Source of the DNA: a virus
Lineage: Duplodnaviria > Caudoviricetes
Strand: one strand, 5' to 3'
Length of the DNA: 53,802 bases
IMG/VR virus record: IMGVR_UViG_3300036985_003294
Coordinates: 1 to 53,802 of that record
Position numbers and translations under genes: made by a program. This document shows, piece by piece, positions 46,967 through 53,802 of the stretch (the stretch's first letter is position 1; every line of letters starts with the position of its first letter). The notes beneath the pieces were generated by a model. It had not been told where the DNA came from. It searched no databases and was given only the letters and a program-made list of their open reading frames with translations.

Positions 46967-47245
46967 ATGAAAGATATTATGCTTGAAAAGACTATTGAAC
47001 AGGCTCTTGTAAAGCGAGTTAAAGAACTTGGAGGGTTATGTGAGAAATTTGTATCTCCCGGAAGACGTAGTGTCCCTGATCGTATAGTGACACTACCTGC
47101 GAATACAATAATATTTGTAGAGTTAAAAGCACCTAACAAACACCCGACACCTTTACAAGAACTTGATCATGAGCGTAGACGAGCATTAGGTTGTGACGTA
47201 CGAGTAATTAATACATTGGAGGATGCCCGTGCGTTTAAGGACTGA
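46967..47245 (+). CDS. VRR-NUC domain nuclease
   Basis: E..IE...G.CEKFVSPG...VPDR...FVELKAP...LQ. Confidence 0.9.
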   Translation: MKDIMLEKTIEQALVKRVKELGGLCEKFVSPGRRSVPDRIVTLPANTIIFVELKAPNKHPTPLQELDHERRRALGCDVRVINTLEDARAFKD

Positions 47246-48575
47246 TTTACATAACTATCAAGAAAGAGCTATTAAATTTATAAAAAGTACTGAAAGATGT
47301 GCTTTGTTTTTAGATATGGGACTTGGTAAAACAGTATCTACATTAACTGCTATATCTGATCTTCAAGACCAGATGGAGATACACAAGGCTCTAGTTATAG
47401 CTCCGCTCCGTGTAGCTAATTCTGTATGGGATCATGAAGCTAAATTATGGAAGCATCTACGCCATCTCAAAGTTCAAGTGTGTACAGGTACTGAAAGAGA
47501 AAGGCTTACAAATCTGCATCGTGATTCTCATATTTACACAATCAATCGTGAGAATGTGCCTTGGTTAGTTAAGCAGTACGGTAAGAAGTGGCCTTTTGAT
47601 TGCGTAATTATAGATGAATCATCTTCATTTAAAAACCCTACTAGTCAAAGATTTAAAGCTTTAAAGAAGATAATACCTTTTACTAATTACATGGTGTTAT
47701 TAACAGGTACACCTGTACCTAATGGTCTACTTGATATATGGTCACAAATTTACTTACTAGATGGCGGTACGGCACTAGGCCGTACAATGACTGCGTATAA
47801 GCAACGCTTCTTTGAAGCAGACTACATGGGTTATAAGTACACACCTAGAGCTGGTGCAGACGTATTAATACATACCGCTATTGCTAGTAAAGTGTTATCA
47901 ATGAAAGGTGAAGATTATCTAGAGCTACCGGACAGGCTTAATCTTAATGAGTATGTTAATCTACCTCCGGCTATTATGGACACATATAAGGATTTTGAAA
48001 AAGAACTCTTACTTGAATTATCTACAGGAGAAGTTGTAGAAGCTCTTACCGCAGCAGTACTTGCAAATAAGCTATTGCAGTTCTCTTCTGGCGCAGTCTA
48101 TACAGATGAGCATAAGAACTGGAAAGAAGTCCATACAGTCAAATTAGACGCCTTAGCTGACCTAATTGAGCAGAACGAGGGTGAGTGTATTCTTGTGGCT
48201 TACAACTTTAAAACAGACCTTGAAAGGCTACAGCAAAGATTCCCTAAAGCACAAGTATTAGATCAGAACCCTAACACAGTCACTCGTTGGAATAACGGTG
48301 AGATACCTATATTACTTGCTCATCCAGCTTCAGCCGGGCATGGCCTTAACGTGCAGTATGGAGGTAGCCTTATTATATGGTTCTGCTTGAACTGGAGTTT
48401 GGAATACTATCAACAGTTTAATGCGAGGCTATACCGTCAAGGACAGACCAAACCTGTACGCATAGTTCATATTGTGGCAAGAGATACTATTGATGTACGA
48501 ATTGTTTCCGCACTCGCTGCCAAGGATGTAACACAGAGTGACTTACTTAAAGCATTGAAACATAAGGAACTTTAA
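47223..48575 (+). CDS. SNF2-family helicase
   Basis: DMGLGKT, IIDES, LTGTP, HPASAGHGLN, Q...R..RQGQ. Confidence 0.92.
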   Translation: MPVRLRTDLHNYQERAIKFIKSTERCALFLDMGLGKTVSTLTAISDLQDQMEIHKALVIAPLRVANSVWDHEAKLWKHLRHLKVQVCTGTERERLTNLHRDSHIYTINRENVPWLVKQYGKKWPFDCVIIDESSSFKNPTSQRFKALKKIIPFTNYMVLLTGTPVPNGLLDIWSQIYLLDGGTALGRTMTAYKQRFFEADYMGYKYTPRAGADVLIHTAIASKVLSMKGEDYLELPDRLNLNEYVNLPPAIMDTYKDFEKELLLELSTGEVVEALTAAVLANKLLQFSSGAVYTDEHKNWKEVHTVKLDALADLIEQNEGECILVAYNFKTDLERLQQRFPKAQVLDQNPNTVTRWNNGEIPILLAHPASAGHGLNVQYGGSLIIWFCLNWSLEYYQQFNARLYRQGQTKPVRIVHIVARDTIDVRIVSALAAKDVTQSDLLKALKHKEL

Positions 48576-48677
48576 TATTTGTTTACCTGTTGTACACAAT
48601 ATCTGTTGATCTTATGTAAACAGGCTGTATAATTATTTTCCGAGGACAACACTAATATTAACAACTGAGGAATAAAC

Positions 48678-48935
48678 ATGAAAAGATTATTAATACTATT
48701 ACTTATATCAACCTCTGCCAATGCTCTTGAACAAGGTGACTACGGCTATGGGTATACTTATCATGGGTACAATTCATTAGCGCAGCAACAAGAAGCTCAG
48801 CACAATGAGTATTTGATGCAACAAACTAACAGAAATATTGTAGACAATGCGGTTAATCAAAGATTAAACGGTGGACAACCACCTCAGGAGTTTCGTCAGT
48901 TTGATTATTCAAACGGCAGCATTTATTTAGAATAA
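48678..48935 (+). CDS. Exported hypothetical protein
   Basis: Signal peptide MKRLLILLLISTSANA; own promoter and GAGG RBS. Confidence 0.6.
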   Translation: MKRLLILLLISTSANALEQGDYGYGYTYHGYNSLAQQQEAQHNEYLMQQTNRNIVDNAVNQRLNGGQPPQEFRQFDYSNGSIYLE

Positions 48936-48966
48936 AAAAAGGCTGAGTGTTTTAATACTCAGCCCC
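48935..48966. terminator. Hairpin, likely terminator
   Basis: A run then GGCTGAGT-N8-ACTCAGCC. Confidence 0.5.
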
Positions 48967-48996
48967 TAAAACAACCTAACAATAAAGGATGTAACC

Positions 48997-49563
48997 ATGA
49001 AATTACAACTAGATGGTAGCACAGGGGTGCTAAAAGTCAAGACTGATGCACAAATAAATAAAGCAATATCGAATAGAGCATACCGTGAAGAACATAAAGA
49101 TGATTTACGTCTTAAACGTTTAGCTAGGGACGCAGTAAATAAACCTATGATAAAAGAAACAAATAAGAAATGGTACACAAATAATAAAGAGAAAGAATTG
49201 CTGGAACAAGAAGACTCCCCGTTAATTACTTTAAAATCTATTTCTAGATTAGTGGGTGTTAAAGAAGCTGTAATAAAGACTTTAAGAGATAACCCTACTT
49301 ATAATATGCCAAGCCCAAAGATGGCACGTTGTGACGGTACTGACTTGTATTGTCGTGATGAGATCGAAGAGTGGTTACCATTCATGCAGGAGGCAGTGGC
49401 CTTCTTTCCAAATAGAAAGAGATTAATAAAGATAAGTGGCACTGCTCTAGTAAACATAGCTTTTATAAAGAACAACTTGGAAGTTATAAGATATTGCGAT
49501 GAGATAAGACGTAAACAACTATTAGATGGGAGGATAACTAATGGACGTAAAGACTTTGGTTAA
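48997..49563 (+). CDS. Hypothetical protein with AlpA/excisionase-like HTH segment
   Basis: ITLKSISRLVGV......MPSP......LY..DEIEEW. Confidence 0.5.
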   Translation: MKLQLDGSTGVLKVKTDAQINKAISNRAYREEHKDDLRLKRLARDAVNKPMIKETNKKWYTNNKEKELLEQEDSPLITLKSISRLVGVKEAVIKTLRDNPTYNMPSPKMARCDGTDLYCRDEIEEWLPFMQEAVAFFPNRKRLIKISGTALVNIAFIKNNLEVIRYCDEIRRKQLLDGRITNGRKDFG

Positions 49564-49657
49564 GAAATGTATAAACAAATGCTGGTTAGAGAACGGTGTT
49601 TGCCTAGGTTGCAAACGAACAATAGAAGAGATTATAGAGGTAGGTAAAAAGAAATGA
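49541..49657 (+). CDS. DUF1289-like small Cys protein (38 aa)
   Basis: CINKC....VCLGCKRTIEEI; GGAGG RBS. Confidence 0.6.
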   Translation: MDVKTLVKKCINKCWLENGVCLGCKRTIEEIIEVGKKK

Positions 49658-49830
49658 AATTATATGAATTACCAAGAGAGAGTCGATTCACCCTAGTGGA
49701 TGATGATAGCCAAACTGTGTTTACGCTTGAGCGTATAGATGGTATGTACTCTAGGTGTTATTTAGGTGACGCTCTTGTACACATAGGTGCTAATGCTGAT
49801 GTTGAGGAGGTGTGTGATGAAACTAAATGA
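49654..49830 (+). CDS. Hypothetical protein (58 aa)
   Basis: MKLYELPRESRF...IDGMYSRC. Confidence 0.55.
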   Translation: MKLYELPRESRFTLVDDDSQTVFTLERIDGMYSRCYLGDALVHIGANADVEEVCDETK

Positions 49831-50023
49831 ACTGGAAGGCTTGCCTGAACTAGGTAATACAATAGTTATTGATGGTATTGAATATGTTAAGAAGCGTAAG
49901 CATTTAACTGGCATAGAAATATCACAAGGGTTTCAAACTGATGATGATGCCACACACCCATATAGCTATTGGTCAGGTGTTGATTTTGCAGAAAAAGCAC
50001 ACGGCATTGGAGGTGAGGAATGA
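49817..50023 (+). CDS. Hypothetical protein ending AEKAHGIGGEE
   Basis: GGAGG RBS before MKLNEL. Confidence 0.5.
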   Translation: MKLNELEGLPELGNTIVIDGIEYVKKRKHLTGIEISQGFQTDDDATHPYSYWSGVDFAEKAHGIGGEE

Positions 50024-50439
50024 GTGTGCATTTTTCTAGTGATACAGATTTATGGGCAACGCCACAATCGTTTTTTGATGAACTAGATAAAGAATTTAAC
50101 TTTACTTTAGATGTTTGTGCTAATGCAGATAACGCTAAGTGTGCTTCATTTTATTCTAAAGAGGATGACGGACTTTCTCAAGATTGGAAAGGTGTAGTTT
50201 GGATGAATCCTCCTTACGGTAGGGAAATTAGCAAATGGATGGCTAAGGCTAATGAAGCAAATTGTACTGTTGTATGTTTAGTTCCAGCAAGAACTGATAC
50301 ACGATGGTGGCATGACTACTGCATTCAACATGAAATACGATTTATTAAAGGTAGGCTTAAATTTGGTGGGCATAAGAACAGCGCACCTTTTCCAAGCGCA
50401 GTAATAATTATAAAAGCACACGGCATTGGAGGTGAATGA
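50020..50439 (+). CDS. Phage N6-adenine DNA methyltransferase (phage Dam family)
   Basis: WATPQ, FTLDVCA...NAKC, WMNPPYG, LVPARTDT.WW, GRLKF, APFPS. Confidence 0.92.
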   Translation: MSVHFSSDTDLWATPQSFFDELDKEFNFTLDVCANADNAKCASFYSKEDDGLSQDWKGVVWMNPPYGREISKWMAKANEANCTVVCLVPARTDTRWWHDYCIQHEIRFIKGRLKFGGHKNSAPFPSAVIIIKAHGIGGE

Positions 50440-50903
50440 TGAGTAAAGAAAGAGAGTTATTGAATAAAGCAATAGAAATGTCAGATGATGCGTGTAATTG
50501 GAATCTTACAGTAGCAGCTTTAAAAGATTACGATCATGTTTATGTTAATGGTGTGAGGTATGTAGAATATCAACCTGATATCAACACTCAATATTTATTA
50601 GATCAAGTTGCTAGATTAACAGCAGAAAACGCCATGCTAAAAGAAAAATGGTTAGCCCAACCTGAAACTGAGAAAGAGCCTGTGGCTTGGACGAATGATT
50701 CTGGCGGATGTTTTCTATCTGATGGTAACAAGTATAGTGAAAATTGGATATCACTCTACACAGCCCCCCAAAACCGAAAGCCTTTGAGTGAAAAAGAAAT
50801 AAGAGAGGGTAATCAATCAATGCTTAATGCCACTAGGGAGACTTTTATAGCAGGTGTTAGATTTGCTGAGGTAATGCACGGCATAACTGGAGGTGGGGAA
50901 TGA
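50439..50903 (+). CDS. Hypothetical protein (EPVAW.../LYTAP, HGI end)
   Basis: ORF track; shares its N-terminus with the next gene. Confidence 0.55.
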   Translation: MSKERELLNKAIEMSDDACNWNLTVAALKDYDHVYVNGVRYVEYQPDINTQYLLDQVARLTAENAMLKEKWLAQPETEKEPVAWTNDSGGCFLSDGNKYSENWISLYTAPQNRKPLSEKEIREGNQSMLNATRETFIAGVRFAEVMHGITGGGE

Positions 50904-51199
50904 GTAAAGAAAGAGAGTTGTTAAATAAAGCAATAGAAATGATACAAATAGTACCTATGATGGCGAGTATCGGCAATATGCCTCCTGATTTTGGTTCTGA
51001 GTTAATTCTGGAAATACAAGAACTCCTCGCCCAACCTGAGTCTTTACGAGAAGGTTTACGAGAAGGAATATCCCTCCGTGACCACTTTGCGGGTTTGGCT
51101 ATGCAAGTTTTGTTAGTAGATGCAACTAGCATGAATAACGCAGCCAGTAACGCTTATGAGATGGCAGACGCAATGCTGGCAGAGAGGGGTAAAAAGTAA
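50900..51199 (+). CDS. Hypothetical protein (LRDHFAGLAMQ...AY.MADAML)
   Basis: Common phage accessory motif. Confidence 0.6.
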   Translation: MSKERELLNKAIEMIQIVPMMASIGNMPPDFGSELILEIQELLAQPESLREGLREGISLRDHFAGLAMQVLLVDATSMNNAASNAYEMADAMLAERGKK

Positions 51200-51372
51200 T
51201 GAATGAAAATGTTAAAGTTGGAACACTAATTTTAGGCTTTACATTACTAGTTCTTGTAGGTATTGCTCTTACTGTTGGCACTTTGTATAGAGATAAAATA
51301 ACTTCGGAGTGTAAGTTAAAAGCCTTAGATAAAAATTTGCCAGTGGTTGAGATAAAGGAGTTATGCAGATGA
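51199..51372 (+). CDS. Small membrane protein (57 aa)
   Basis: N-terminal TM segment; read by eye. Confidence 0.45.
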   Translation: MNENVKVGTLILGFTLLVLVGIALTVGTLYRDKITSECKLKALDKNLPVVEIKELCR

Positions 51373-51579
51373 TTAATTTTATAGATATTGTGCACTGGGG
51401 ATGTGGTTAATCAAAGGGATTCACTCGAAAGGAGAACCTTTCTCTAGTAAAAATTCTTGGTATCACCATGACGAACTTAAAGTGCACTCCAATATATTTA
51501 TGACTATAGCTATGGCGTCTTGCAATCCGCATAATAATTATGTTAAAGAACTAATGGATAATTTAAATAGGGGTGAGTG

Positions 51580-51837
51580 ATGTTTAACGGAGGAGATGAA
51601 GATCAATCAAAATACTGGGATGATGTTTTTAATGACAATGAGGAGTATATAAAAGAAAACTACAAATTAAAAGACGACCTGGCTACACTTAAGGGTATGG
51701 TAAAAATACTTTCACAAGAAATAGTAACAAAAGATTATTTACTGACTCATGCTGTAGAAAGATTAGAGGTTATTAATTATGAAGATGACCATTTAACAAA
51801 CGATTTAATTCAAACAATTAAAAAGGCATTAACATGA
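51580..51837 (+). CDS. Hypothetical protein
   Basis: ORF track. Confidence 0.45.
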   Translation: MFNGGDEDQSKYWDDVFNDNEEYIKENYKLKDDLATLKGMVKILSQEIVTKDYLLTHAVERLEVINYEDDHLTNDLIQTIKKALT

Positions 51838-52238
51838 TAATTAAAACAACAAAAGAATTAAATAAAGCATATCCATCAGACGCAGCTTTTGATATTGAGG
51901 CTGATAAAGGTACAGTTGTGCGAGCACTCGACAGAGAACTGATAAGCACAGGTTTACGCCTAGCAATACCAGAAGGTTATTGTGGGATCATAAAGTCAAG
52001 AAGTGGTCTGTCTGTAAAGAATGGTATTGAAGTTGGTGCAGGTGTTATTGATGCTAACTACAGAGGTGAGGTTAAGGTGCATCTATTTAACCACACTGAG
52101 GAGAACTTTTATATAAACACTGGTGATCGTATTGCTCAACTTATGATCGTGCCTGTACCGACAGTAGAGTGGGAGTTATCAGATGATTTAGATTATACTG
52201 ACAGGTCTGATAACGGTATTGGTTCAACTGGAGTCTAA
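51834..52238 (+). CDS. dut: dUTPase (trimeric)
   Basis: AAFD, SRSGL, GVIDANYRGE, GDRIAQL, R...GIGSTG motifs. Confidence 0.95.
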   Translation: MIIKTTKELNKAYPSDAAFDIEADKGTVVRALDRELISTGLRLAIPEGYCGIIKSRSGLSVKNGIEVGAGVIDANYRGEVKVHLFNHTEENFYINTGDRIAQLMIVPVPTVEWELSDDLDYTDRSDNGIGSTGV

Positions 52239-52754
52239 TTATGACCATTGAAGAATTAGAAGAGCAAGCTAAAGCTATAAAAGAACAATGTAGTGGGTGG
52301 AGTCATGCGCACGATGGGTCATATGCAGCTTGTTTAACAGCGGTGGGTTATTACAAGATACTTGATGAGATAGGTAAATTAAAAGAGGGACTTAAAAAAG
52401 ATGAGATTCTATAATTGTGATGAAAGTGACCAACGTGCAGATAAGTACCGCACAATTGCTGTAGCACTAACAGCATTGTTAATAATGTCTCTGCTACTAA
52501 ATTTTACTGTTTTGGCGTTGTGCTAACTGGTATACTGTCATGCTGACTGATAAAGAATGTTATGAAATTTGGAGTGCGTATCCAGATATAGTTATGGCTA
52601 TAAAAGAAGGCTATAAATTAGGCTATGTGGATGCGCAAACAGAAAGTTTAGATGACGAGACTGATGATGGCGAACAAGAAAACTAATAAACAAAGAACAA
52701 CATTTGTAATAATTATATCTTTGCGAAATCCATTTCGTGCTTGTGAGAAAAGTT

Positions 52755-52952
52755 ATGGCTGATGATATTGATAAAGCTAACGATCAAGCTCAGTTGATCC
52801 TAGACGTTCAGATAACGTTAGCAAAAGGCGCTAAATTAGATATCTTTCCTAACGAGTCAGGCCAATGCTGGGAATGTGACGCCCCTATATCAGATGGTCG
52901 CAGATGGTGTAGTAAGGAATGTGCTGAGATAGCTGAACACGGGGGTTGGTAA
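52755..52952 (+). CDS. TraR/DksA-like C4 zinc-finger protein
   Basis: MADDIDKA acidic N-terminus; CWEC...RRWCSKEC. Confidence 0.65.
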   Translation: MADDIDKANDQAQLILDVQITLAKGAKLDIFPNESGQCWECDAPISDGRRWCSKECAEIAEHGGW

Positions 52953-53033
52953 TGATTGCATACGTACTTGTTTTCTTTGTAGGCGCAACTGTAGGTGCTC
53001 TAATTGCTACAGGAATTTGGATGCTTAAGATAA

Positions 53034-53378
53034 ATGAAATGGCCTGACTTCCATCTCAATCCAATAAATTTATGGAACTACCCTAAACAATATGAGGACT
53101 ATAAGATGCTTAACGAAGAAACCACAGTAAAACCTATGTGGAAAGTGAAAGAAAGTTCTAAACCTGACCCTATCAATCACCCTGCTCATTACACACATGG
53201 TGGTATAGAGACTTTAGATTATATAGAAGCTAAAGGTTTAGATAAAGATTCCCATTTAGCTAACGTAATTAAATATGTGTCTCGTGCAGGATACAAAATT
53301 AATAAGTTAGAAGACTTAAAGAAAGCTAGATTTTATCTAGATCGTAGAATTAAAAACTTAGAAGCCTCGGAGGAGTAA
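53034..53378 (+). CDS. DUF3310 (SaV-like) protein
   Basis: DPINHPAHY..GGIE..D.I, N.IKY..R...K....EDLKKA..YL; true start may be the internal MLNEE. Confidence 0.85.
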   Translation: MKWPDFHLNPINLWNYPKQYEDYKMLNEETTVKPMWKVKESSKPDPINHPAHYTHGGIETLDYIEAKGLDKDSHLANVIKYVSRAGYKINKLEDLKKARFYLDRRIKNLEASEE

Positions 53379-53596
53379 TGGGAATATTTAAGGGGGACAT
53401 TGAAATATTAAACCATGAAATAGAAATATTAAACCGTGAGATAAAAATATTAGAGGATCAAGTAGAAGAACTAAAACTAGACTCGTATCGGTACAAATTC
53501 GTGCGTTCCACCTGCGCAACTACTGCTGAACAAATTGCAGGTTATGACAAATCAGTTGACGAACATATACGCCGAAGAAATGAAAGCCTTAACTAA
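53378..53596 (+). CDS. Coiled-coil hypothetical protein
   Basis: EILN repeats, D..RY.F.R. Confidence 0.5.
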   Translation: MGIFKGDIEILNHEIEILNREIKILEDQVEELKLDSYRYKFVRSTCATTAEQIAGYDKSVDEHIRRRNESLN

Positions 53597-53635
53597 AAGA
53601 TATTGATACTGCTGTAAATATGGTATGATATATTT

Positions 53636-53684
53636 GTGGTCTAGGGAGTCGAACCCGAACGAGCCTTCAGTAAGCTCTGACCAC
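53636..53684 (+). ncRNA. Three-way-junction leader RNA, C4-like candidate
   Basis: GTGGTC/GACCAC closing stem, GGG/CCC and GAGC/GCTC hairpins. Confidence 0.45.
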
Positions 53685-53718
53685 TAACCTTTCACTGACC
53701 TTAACTGAGGGTATCAAA

Positions 53719-53802
53719 ATGCTTACACAAGAACATTTAAAAGAATTATTACATTACGAGCCCGACACAGGTATATTTACCAATCTTACAAAAAGGGGTA
53801 GC
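53719..53802 (+). CDS. HNH endonuclease N-terminus (partial)
   Basis: MLTQEHLKELLHYEPDTGIF, typical start of HNH-AP2 endonucleases; catalytic motif lies beyond the window. Confidence 0.65.
   Translation, partial: MLTQEHLKELLHYEPDTGIFTNLTKRGS

Noticed and set aside
53636-53684. tRNA gene on the minus strand
   Set aside because: It has a T-arm-like sequence but is only ~50 nt with no D or anticodon arm

Overview
About 54 kb of a tailed dsDNA bacteriophage with a podovirus-like, P22-type head/tail module. Features 1-32093 are mostly minus-strand morphogenesis genes: terminase, portal with an extra C-terminal domain, GroES-like co-chaperonin, scaffold, Mu-gpT-like major capsid, head-tail connectors, tail fibres and a holin/Rz-Rz1/lysozyme cassette. 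This arm also holds an accessory tail cassette of three RCC1-repeat paralogs, a sulfotransferase-TPR-glycosyltransferase fusion and a SAM methyltransferase. The 32094-32900 non-coding region has tandem repeats and IHF-like sites and is a candidate packaging site or genome end. From 32900 on come small early genes, a 236-bp microsatellite, a Rha-type regulator, a divergent Cro/primase-helicase unit and a plus-strand replication/metabolism arm (Cas4-like nuclease, SSB, family B DNA polymerase, VRR-NUC, SNF2 helicase, N6-adenine MTase, dUTPase). Four HNH genes are present; two appear to have inserted into gene starts and rebuilt them with non-ATG codons. Spanins and IHF-like sites point to a Gram-negative, probably proteobacterial, host. 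No integrase, tRNA, CRISPR array or reverse transcriptase was seen. All family calls come from motif recognition by eye, not from database searches.
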